Positions 9,701 to 15,569 of a stretch of 32,000 bases of DNA are shown here, one piece after another. A program made the position numbers and the translations under genes. Positions within the stretch are counted from its first letter, which is position 1, and the number at the start of each line of letters is the position of its first letter. The stretch is from contig NZ_CP074694.1 in NCBI RefSeq assembly GCF_018398935.1, forward strand, positions 5,700,001 to 5,732,000, written 5' to 3'. The notes below the pieces were generated by a model, which did no database searches, was not told the DNA's origin, and was given only the letters and a program-made list of their open reading frames with translations. Source of the stretch: Telmatocola sphagniphila (GTDB taxonomy: Bacteria; Planctomycetota; Planctomycetia; Gemmatales; Gemmataceae).

Positions 9701-10005
9701 CTTGCACCAGCCCTTCGCGAGTCCAAATTCAAGATTGGACGGACGAATTCAAGCTGAAGTGGCAGCCGGAAAAATCAATCAAAATCGAGCTTCGCCTCGG
9801 CAGTACCGTAATATTTTCCAGATCCCTTTGTGCCGAGACTGAAGTGAAGGGAGAGTGGTCTATCTTGGACTTGAATGGCAAGAAAGAACTCGAAGTCAGA
9901 TCGGCTCGATTCCTGGGAACTCCCTATGTCACATTGGAGATACTGGATTTCACCTCGGAGGAGGAAAAAGCCTTTAGAACCTATTTCCTCGGCAAGGATT
10001 GGTAA
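6784..10005 (+). CDS. Large (1,073 aa) membrane/coiled-coil protein of unknown function
   Basis: Uninterrupted ORF; ATG 6784 with AGGAG at 6768-6772. N-terminal anchor ILLLVSIALVVVGSW, then a long helical region. Two internal hydrophobic helices (IGFFLALGSLTLFILVGAI / ILIGSMILCFVVLGLSIRVFF), about 200 aa of charged heptad-like sequence, and a C-terminal beta-looking domain. No motif I can name. Confidence 0.8.
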   Translation: MKLTSWLERAARILLLVSIALVVVGSWTDLSLRPAHPERESLIASFLPPAGSERTYLEQLAQSDPQALEFYLQLTPTSERREALSSLAEKAVLKQPCIRYELCKRIARESATTAPEKARFLIAQSAYLKSLEHDPQRQKGYLDALSKDPHAVRNGFTGWDHAVRAALADPDLWSYYQDEKSTQTSPFWLDEVLLTILQLTPDGQELKHSPELVREIVAAARKYDPIARRIVRDLQLGAEGMLLLIQYGPLIEQAVREQLDLQEVLEILYANPGEFEGGESSELVLQMKEIYSKNPAVWNSARHFPLCWKLHREFPKEASQLLEKFAVDDIASFLYLHYPEQMPEAISALRSTGDAALGTLRHFAEVRSDNREIFKDLLKKQGWRVIPYYLKYGDSGLQRLRENPEDTKWLDKDFDAEGHIVNPGWIADLPVLSGPVMAFRHGIEGTLEWEEVGWAALDLTDAAALVGTSGVSLIWSVAKNSAKIGSKKALKRVLPREAREILLQETKSITAKPAISRVAKRQAFRDKSLPSLLRTASQPTGSGKYLLSHGTHLILPQLSMSLQTVLKNIQLAVQKVEKTIPKIRDLRQSLSPANSRASARSENLPSEEFLLYLKHPDQLVVLQTQLFDVSLLSRWNSPSEFLEPGSTVNFGTDISATELAEEILSFWSPASRVFPVQDVENPVRKIGFFLALGSLTLFILVGAIRYHLVRPWAPDRILIGSMILCFVVLGLSIRVFFSASSPASSELTLARLKQDSLCWEQRLAEVLDSSDPTVLRERDLLVETVLQDYRQQLSESSGRSDLQRKEQSLRLLKRFFPILARAQVENLIAEVHRLREEQDYKKVQSEFENGISSFKESAQRFLSEYPRSESKKEVHKWINEKIGKEVGDLRVKIQQIENSNLSGIAERAKELAKLCDQLSRTDPERNRIQSALKVAHLLMSEKEFTLALRNSGEFQVAEFHRVVITCGDETVHSCTSPSRVQIQDWTDEFKLKWQPEKSIKIELRLGSTVIFSRSLCAETEVKGEWSILDLNGKKELEVRSARFLGTPYVTLEILDFTSEEEKAFRTYFLGKDW

Positions 10006-10284
10006 GGATTTTCGGATTACTTTACAGGATCGGAAGTGATCCCTAGCTCGGAGAAGAATGAGTAGCGGGATCGATGATTATTACCAAACCCAGTGGGGCG
10101 AATCAGTTCTGGCTTTCTAGTTGCTCAACGTGTTTTTACCGATTCCTGACGCCCGCGAGTTTCGAATGCTGGCAGCAAGGTTTCTAAAATTGAGCTCCGA
10201 TAGAGGCGAATAGCAGACCGAGGGCTAGGGGATTATTGGCGAAATTCGAGACACCTGCAGCAGGGGCATTTAGGAAAGCGATCT

Positions 10285-11406
10285 ATGAGTTCCATTTACC
10301 GACTTGAAGATTTGTTACCGCGCTGGCAGGAAAGGATGGCTCCACTAGTTGCGGACCAAACGGAGGCTTTGGTCGAAGAAATGCTCCGGCCGATGCCGAC
10401 CTGGATCAACTCCGCTGACCCCGCGCAGCAGTATCAGCTGGAAGATACCCTGCGTCGAAAAGCCGAAGAATTGGCAGTTACCACTCTACTGCCCCAGGGG
10501 CTGGATTGGCTAAACCAGCAAAATTTCGGACCTTCGCCCGCAAAGTCAGAAAGAGTCAAGATCGAACTCCTTTCGGCGATTCGTCAGAGAATTCCCGCTT
10601 GCCAACTGTTCCTTCCCAAGCCGACTCAGGAAATCCCGACGCGATCCTGGGTATACTCGGCCGCCTTGGGGGCCGGAATTGGATGCCTCCTCCTCACGCC
10701 GTTGAGTTTACTGTTACTAGGAGAGCGGGAACCCGGTTTAGCGTTAGGAGGCGTCGTAGGAGCGGGTTCGGCTGTCGGTGCTATCGGTTGGCTCTCGCGG
10801 CAATCGAAATTCCAACGTTACGCGGAATTCATCCTGGCGGCGACGACACTGACTTCCGGGGTAGTAGGACTCTATAGGTTAATCCGCCGGGACTCTTTAG
10901 GATTGCTGAAAACGGCCGGCTGGTTCGGAGCCGGCTGGCTATTAGTAACCTTGGCCCGACCGAGAAAGGTCGGGTTGTCCCATTCGGAAAGCGGGGAGAT
11001 CCTCCAACCGCAGGTTCGAGCCTACTTGAATCATCTTGCCGACCTGGTTTTAAGTTTGTGCTGGTCGCACCCCGACCGAGAGGACAAAATTCTCTCATCC
11101 TCCTCGGAATCGAACGGAATTCCCGAATCGATTGCCGACGCTCTGGGAGTCATTCGCCAAATCTGCGACGATCCCCAATCCGCCGAAAAACATTTATCAG
11201 GTGCCGTCCGGATTTTGATGCAGCGCATTCGCGACCAGGGATACGAATGGCGGACGATTCCTTCCGGTACGCTCTATTCCGACGATCTGAAAAACTTGTT
11301 CGAAGTATTCGGGATGGTCGAGATCGGTCAACCTGTGGAAACTTTGAATCCGGCCTGGGTCCATCGGGGGCAGGTACTTAAAGCGGGTCTCGTACGAAAG
11401 ATCTAA
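10285..11406 (+). CDS. Four-TM membrane protein with a GrpE-like C-terminal domain (putative nucleotide-exchange partner of the downstream Hsp70-like ATPase)
   Basis: Hydrophobic block at aa ~120-225 (about 4 helices). The tail RILMQRIRDQGYEWRTIPSGTLYSDDLKNLFEVFGMVEIGQPVETLNPAWVHRGQVLKAGLVRKI follows the GrpE C-terminal pattern (G.e.i...G..FDp......g.v.....pG....g.vL+.A.V.V). The stop lies 21 nt before the next gene's ATG. Confidence 0.8.
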   Translation: MSSIYRLEDLLPRWQERMAPLVADQTEALVEEMLRPMPTWINSADPAQQYQLEDTLRRKAEELAVTTLLPQGLDWLNQQNFGPSPAKSERVKIELLSAIRQRIPACQLFLPKPTQEIPTRSWVYSAALGAGIGCLLLTPLSLLLLGEREPGLALGGVVGAGSAVGAIGWLSRQSKFQRYAEFILAATTLTSGVVGLYRLIRRDSLGLLKTAGWFGAGWLLVTLARPRKVGLSHSESGEILQPQVRAYLNHLADLVLSLCWSHPDREDKILSSSSESNGIPESIADALGVIRQICDDPQSAEKHLSGAVRILMQRIRDQGYEWRTIPSGTLYSDDLKNLFEVFGMVEIGQPVETLNPAWVHRGQVLKAGLVRKI

Positions 11407-11427
11407 TCGATTCCTGGGAGAATAGAT

Positions 11428-13554
11428 ATGGCGTCTTCACTTCCCAACGGCATGAAAGAACTGCCACTTTTGGGATACATAGGAATCGATTTTGGAACCA
11501 GCACTACCCATATTGCAGTCTGTTATCTCGACGGCAATACGGTTCCGCAGGCAGTTCCTCTGGCCGGTAAATCCTCGATTCTTACCTGTCTGTTATTGAG
11601 AGAAGCCAACTCCAACGGCGAGGCTGTCGTCGCCTATGGGGAAAAGGCTCTGAGGACTTGGTTCACTCTGAGTGATTCAGAACGAAAGAATCATCGTTTC
11701 GCAGTCGGTTTCAAACCCGATATTATTAGTGGCTCGCGGGCGGGAATTGCTCAAAGCGACTCCAGAGCGTTTTTGACCAAATGCTTTCAGGCCGTTCGAG
11801 AGAGTGGCGTAGTTCGAGCTCTGGGCCGAGAAGAAGGAATGCCGGTCGTGATTGGCGTTCCGGCCGAAATCAGCGAACTGCAAAAGCGTACGACGGCCGA
11901 GCTGGCGGAACAGGCCGGGTTCGGAAAGGTGAACTCTTTAGAAGAACCGCTCGGGGCCTTAGCCTATCATCTGGCGGATGGCTCGGTATCGGGAGCGGAA
12001 GCCCGTACCGGGGTCTTGGTGATCGATTTTGGTGGCGGGACTCTGGATATCGCTTGGCTGAACTCCTCAAAAGGAATGGCAGCTCCTTGGGGAGATCCCC
12101 TTCTGGGAGGCCGGTTATTCGATGACATCTTTTATCAGTGGCTTCTTCAACAGAATCCGCAGATCGAATTATCCGATGCCGATCAATTCTTCGTTTGGCA
12201 AGCGACTTGTCGCGAACTCAAGGAAAAGTTCAGTACCCACTGGCAGGACGAATTGGATAGCTCCCAAAAGCCCGCTCTTGAGGCGATTGAATACCAAGAT
12301 CTTTTGGCCCTTCCCGGACGCCGGTTCGCAGAGTTTCGAGGAAGTGTACCAGAGTTCTTGAATCGAACTCAGCGATACCGGCCTAGCTCTGTCGCCCAAG
12401 AGTATTTTTCGAAAGTTGATTCCCGGTTGCGGGATTTAGGAAAAGAGAAGCCGGTCGATCTCCTGGATTGGATTCGAAGAGAACTCACGCGCGGGTTCAA
12501 CCAGAATCAACATCCCCTGGCGTTGATTATCTTGACCGGCGGGAGCTGTAAGTGGCCGTTCATGCGAGACTTGGCCGTCGACGCCTTCGGCCTCAAGCGG
12601 GAGTGTGTCCGACGGTCTCCCGATCCGGAAACAACGATCGGTTCGGGATTGGCAGTTTACAACGTATTGAAGCATCGGAATGCCCTGAAACGGCAAAAGT
12701 TACACGAAGAGTTCCCGACGTATAAAGAAAAATTCCAGAGGAGGGTCGAGGAGAAAATCGACGAGTTTACCCGGCAAACCGCTATGGCTGTCGTGCTCCC
12801 TTTGATGAAGCAGGTCGAATCTCTCTTTCTCAAGTGGTATAGCGAAGGGGGGGCCCTGAAATCGGTACAGGAAAACATCCAGACATTTGTTGAAAACTAC
12901 GATGTCAAAAACACATTACAAGCCCGCGACAAACTGCTTGCTGAAGACTTGATGCGATTGATTCGAGATTACCTGGGGATCTGGCTCAAGGAGCATTCGA
13001 TCCACCGCAAAGTCGAGGATTTGCTTCCTCCCGGAACGCTCACGGTTCCTGTTCCAGAATTAGGGAGTTTTACCAATGAGATCACCAAAATCATTTCTAA
13101 TCTCGTCGTAATCGGACTGACCGGAACCATTTTTGGAATCGTGTATTTGGCCGCCCATGGCACGCATATTCTGGCGCATCCCTTGACCGGATTGCCGATC
13201 GCACTCGCTTCGGCACTCGCGGCTGGCCTCGGTTTCCAGCGAATCGAGGAACCACTCCGCCGCAAAGTCCTCGAGTTTGAGTGGGGTCAAAACTCTTTGA
13301 AGGCTCTCAAGCTCGCACTTTCTGAGAATCGATTGAAAGAGAAAATCGCCGAAAGTCAGCAAAAAGCGATTCAGGAGATCCAGGATCTCTTGAAGGGAGC
13401 AGGTCCTCGCGATCAAGCTCCGACTGCGGCAAGACCATCTTCCTCCTGGAACAACCTACAAGAACTTCGGGCCCGCGTGACCGGGCAGTTTGAAGATATT
13501 GTCAACAAGGTGATCGAAGATCTGGGAGTACTCGAAGAGATTCGACGAGATTAG
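11428..13554 (+). CDS. Hsp70/actin-fold ATPase (DnaK-like NBD) without a canonical substrate-binding domain, with a C-terminal TM hairpin and coiled-coil tail
   Basis: GGGAG at 11416-11420, 7 nt before the ATG. NBD motifs in canonical order: IGIDFGTSTTHIAV, VIGVPAEISELQKRTTAELAEQAGF, VLVIDFGGGTLDIAWL, IILTGGSCKWPFM, TTIGSGLAVY. These are followed by helical sequence and two hydrophobic helices (IISNLVVIGLTGTIFGIVYLAA, LTGLPIALASALAAGLGF). Confidence 0.9.
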   Translation: MASSLPNGMKELPLLGYIGIDFGTSTTHIAVCYLDGNTVPQAVPLAGKSSILTCLLLREANSNGEAVVAYGEKALRTWFTLSDSERKNHRFAVGFKPDIISGSRAGIAQSDSRAFLTKCFQAVRESGVVRALGREEGMPVVIGVPAEISELQKRTTAELAEQAGFGKVNSLEEPLGALAYHLADGSVSGAEARTGVLVIDFGGGTLDIAWLNSSKGMAAPWGDPLLGGRLFDDIFYQWLLQQNPQIELSDADQFFVWQATCRELKEKFSTHWQDELDSSQKPALEAIEYQDLLALPGRRFAEFRGSVPEFLNRTQRYRPSSVAQEYFSKVDSRLRDLGKEKPVDLLDWIRRELTRGFNQNQHPLALIILTGGSCKWPFMRDLAVDAFGLKRECVRRSPDPETTIGSGLAVYNVLKHRNALKRQKLHEEFPTYKEKFQRRVEEKIDEFTRQTAMAVVLPLMKQVESLFLKWYSEGGALKSVQENIQTFVENYDVKNTLQARDKLLAEDLMRLIRDYLGIWLKEHSIHRKVEDLLPPGTLTVPVPELGSFTNEITKIISNLVVIGLTGTIFGIVYLAAHGTHILAHPLTGLPIALASALAAGLGFQRIEEPLRRKVLEFEWGQNSLKALKLALSENRLKEKIAESQQKAIQEIQDLLKGAGPRDQAPTAARPSSSWNNLQELRARVTGQFEDIVNKVIEDLGVLEEIRRD

Positions 13555-13891
13555 TGGGCGTCGAGTGAGGGATGTGTTATCGTGTCTGCTCAGTGGATTT
13601 GCTAATTACAATGCTTCGCTGGGTCTCCGGTTATCGCTGAGATGGTTTCGCAGTCCGATCAAAATTTCCAAAGGGAAGCGTAGCCTTGGCTCTAAACCAG
13701 GTCAAAGGAAATAGAGCTTCAAAACCGGTTCGATCCAGCCTCGAATACTCCTAGAGAAAAGAACATCTTCAATTCCCCGATCTTGTGAATCAGTAAAGGT
13801 ATATTGCTGTTGGGCGAAACAGCAGGCGGCAGACAAACAGAAAAGCCGCTCGCATCGCCAAGTCGATCAAGATTCGTGCAGTCTCCAGAAA

Positions 13892-13911
13892 ACGTATTAA
13901 CGTTAATACAA
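13892..13911. repeat. Palindrome family copy B (18/20 match; 16-bp perfect core GTATTAACGTTAATAC at 13894-13909)
   Basis: Read directly. It ends 1 nt before the stop codon (13913-13915) of the minus-strand Rep-like gene. Confidence 0.9.
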
Positions 13912-13912
13912 C

Positions 13913-14746
13913 TCATTTCCGCTTACCGCGGAAACAGTTGACGCGTCGAAACATGTGCATGCCTTGAAGCGCATCTAAATAGAAAGCCAAAGCCCTAGGG
14001 TTGTCCATCGTTAAAAGGCTCTGCTTATAACTGAATATGTTTGCCACAAACGATTGCAACTCAGAATCTTTTCGACTCATCAGCTGCAAAAAGTTTTCGT
14101 GCTCCAGATCGCGACGCACCCATCGAGGCGATTCGACCATTGTATCCTTGACGAGTATTACGCCCGAACGATGCACCGCGACAGAATCCTTGGAGAAACT
14201 CTCCGAAGTCAGCACCGCGCCGCCGGCAGCATAAGCATCGAACTCAGAATACAAAGTCATTTTGTCGCGGTGCACGTGTCCGTCGATAAAGTCAACAAAT
14301 TCACGAGCCAACTGTCCGGACCAGATGATGGGATTACTAGGCACATACGAAGGAATCGACACACCAACTCGGTAACCCAGCAAAACCATTTGCCGGTTTT
14401 GACGATCAGAAAGTAGTTTCTGACAGGTCCGGTAAACGGGAGCTACAACTCGTCTCGCGTAACAAAACGGACAGAACGACGCAAAGTTACAAACACGCAA
14501 AGGAGCCATCAAACAGCTAGCACCAACCGGAGGACAATTCACAGCGAAATTGTAACGAGACTCGCTAGAAAAACGAGAGAGCAACTGCGTGTCGCGAAGC
14601 CGGCGAAGTTGCTTTCGATACTTCCCCTGGATAGCGGACGTATCTTTAGCTACGCCCGCGATCGATGTCATCATCATACGTATTAAAGGGGAAAATTTTC
14701 GCGACGTAAACCGAAAAGTTAACGTTGGGAAATCAGAATCAGCCAT
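13913..14746 (-). CDS. Hypothetical protein; candidate rolling-circle-type replication initiator (weak, motif-level only)
   Basis: ATG 14746 with GAGG 7 nt upstream (longer ORF runs to 14794). CNFASFCPFCYARR resembles the C..CPxCxWRR zinc motif of pC194/pUB110-type Rep proteins. A hydrophobic strand (MVLLGYRVGV) lies about 25 aa later, where motif FLTLT sits in those Reps. A candidate Tyr motif is FSYKQS. The HUH motif is not convincing (GHVHRDK). Confidence 0.65.
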   Translation of the reverse strand: MADSDFPTLTFRFTSRKFSPLIRMMMTSIAGVAKDTSAIQGKYRKQLRRLRDTQLLSRFSSESRYNFAVNCPPVGASCLMAPLRVCNFASFCPFCYARRVVAPVYRTCQKLLSDRQNRQMVLLGYRVGVSIPSYVPSNPIIWSGQLAREFVDFIDGHVHRDKMTLYSEFDAYAAGGAVLTSESFSKDSVAVHRSGVILVKDTMVESPRWVRRDLEHENFLQLMSRKDSELQSFVANIFSYKQSLLTMDNPRALAFYLDALQGMHMFRRVNCFRGKRK

Positions 14747-14890
14747 GTTAAGACCTCGAAGAGTATAGAAGAAATATTTTTTATAGCTTGCCACTATTTA
14801 TTATTTTTGTTTTACTAAGCACCGCAATAAACCACAAAAAATTGGCCGTTCCAGATGCTAAGTAAACCAAGTTCTGAGTTTGAGGTTAGT

Positions 14891-14926
14891 TTCTTCTCTT
14901 TCTCTTTCTCTATAGAAAGAGAAGAA
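14891..14926. repeat. 13-bp perfect inverted repeat (TTCTTCTCTTTCT / AGAAAGAGAAGAA) with a 10-nt spacer, polypyrimidine/polypurine
   Basis: Arms at 14891-14903 and 14914-14926, read directly. It lies in the region upstream of the Rep-like gene. Confidence 0.9.
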
Positions 14927-14970
14927 ATGCCGCCGCCCTTGCGGGCGTCGTGGGCGAAAGGCATTTTTAT

Positions 14971-15054
14971 TTCCAAAAACCAAAACCAAACGAAACGAAC
15001 TTGCGACAAAAGCGCAGACCGAGTTCCGACAAAGCGCAGAAGCGAGTTCCGACA
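14971..15054. promoter_or_regulatory. Origin-like or regulatory tract: phased A-tracts followed by about 2.2 tandem copies of a 23-bp unit
   Basis: CCAAAAACCAAAACCAAACGAAACGAAC (14972-15000), then CGACAAAAGCGCAGACCGAGTTC (15004-15026), CGACAAAGCGCAGAAGCGAGTTC (15027-15049) and CGACA (15050-15054). Confidence 0.6.
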
Positions 15055-15071
15055 GTGTGAGTGGCGCGCGT

Positions 15072-15091
15072 TTGTATTAACGATAATACGC
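15072..15091. repeat. Palindrome family copy C (17/20: TTGTATTAACGATAATACGC), nested in a longer imperfect GC-rich palindrome
   Basis: Read directly. Flanked by GTGAGTGGCGCGCG / CGCGCTCAC arms. It ends 2 nt before the stop codon of the alpha-CTD-like gene (15094-15096). Confidence 0.8.
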
Positions 15092-15093
15092 GC

Positions 15094-15366
15094 TCACGCT
15101 CGTCGACGAAGTTTGCGGCGCCAGTTTGCCGGATAGTCGACACCGTGTCGCGACAGAGTTTGTTTGAGTTCTCGAAAAGCGCTATCGCCGAAGTTCGGTA
15201 TGGTTCCGAAGAAACTCGGTTTCTGTTGCAGCAGCTGGTCGACGTAAAGGATATGGTGCTTCTCGAGCGCGTTGGCGATGCGTACCGGCAGGTCCAGTTC
15301 TGCGATAGCGCGGTCCTGCGGTTTGACTTCGATGATCGGCGGACGTCTTCGTCTTGCTTTCGACAT
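15094..15366 (-). CDS. Stand-alone RNA polymerase alpha-subunit C-terminal-domain (alpha-CTD)-like DNA-binding protein (90 aa)
   Basis: IAELDLPVRIANALEKHHILYVDQLLQQKPSFFGTIPNFGDSAFRELKQTLSRHGV aligns position by position with E. coli RpoA CTD [56 protein letters not shown]. Confidence 0.8.
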   Translation of the reverse strand: MSKARRRRPPIIEVKPQDRAIAELDLPVRIANALEKHHILYVDQLLQQKPSFFGTIPNFGDSAFRELKQTLSRHGVDYPANWRRKLRRRA

Positions 15367-15368
15367 TT

Positions 15369-15569
15369 TTAATCCTGTCCGATGATGTGTTTTTCAACTA
15401 TCCTCTCACACTTTCTCAGCTTTTTTATCTTTTCCAAATCTACCCAAGTTGCGCTAGAGTTTTTCTCTTTTACAATTTGCGGACAACTTTTGCCTTTAGC
15501 GTCTAGGTCGAGAAGAGTTTTGATCGCTGAGTCTACTGCGAGTTCTGAGAATCCGTAGACCTTTTTCAT
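15369..15569 (-). CDS. Small hypothetical protein (66 aa from ATG 15569), translationally coupled to the alpha-CTD-like gene
   Basis: Its TAA (15369-15371) lies 2 nt from the ATG (15364-15366) of the downstream gene. No recognisable motif. Confidence 0.45.
   Translation of the reverse strand: MKKVYGFSELAVDSAIKTLLDLDAKGKSCPQIVKEKNSSATWVDLEKIKKLRKCERIVEKHIIGQD

Noticed and set aside
13726-13740. GGTTCGATCCAGCC, resembling a tRNA T-arm/loop
   Set aside because: The flanking bases cannot form the T-stem, acceptor stem or other cloverleaf arms. No tRNA is supported anywhere in the window.
14228-14255. An HVH tripeptide in the Rep-like protein as a classical HUH nuclease motif, and FPTLTF near the N-terminus as Rep motif I (FLTLT)
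   Set aside because: The HVH is followed by RDK rather than the usual hydrophobic residues. FPTLTF lies before the Cys motif, which is the wrong order for pC194-type Reps. The Rep hypothesis therefore rests on the CPxCxxRR motif and context only.
15004-15054. The tandem 23-bp repeats as a possible mini-CRISPR array
   Set aside because: There are only ~2.2 directly abutting units with no spacers, and no cas genes. This is iteron- or operator-like rather than CRISPR.
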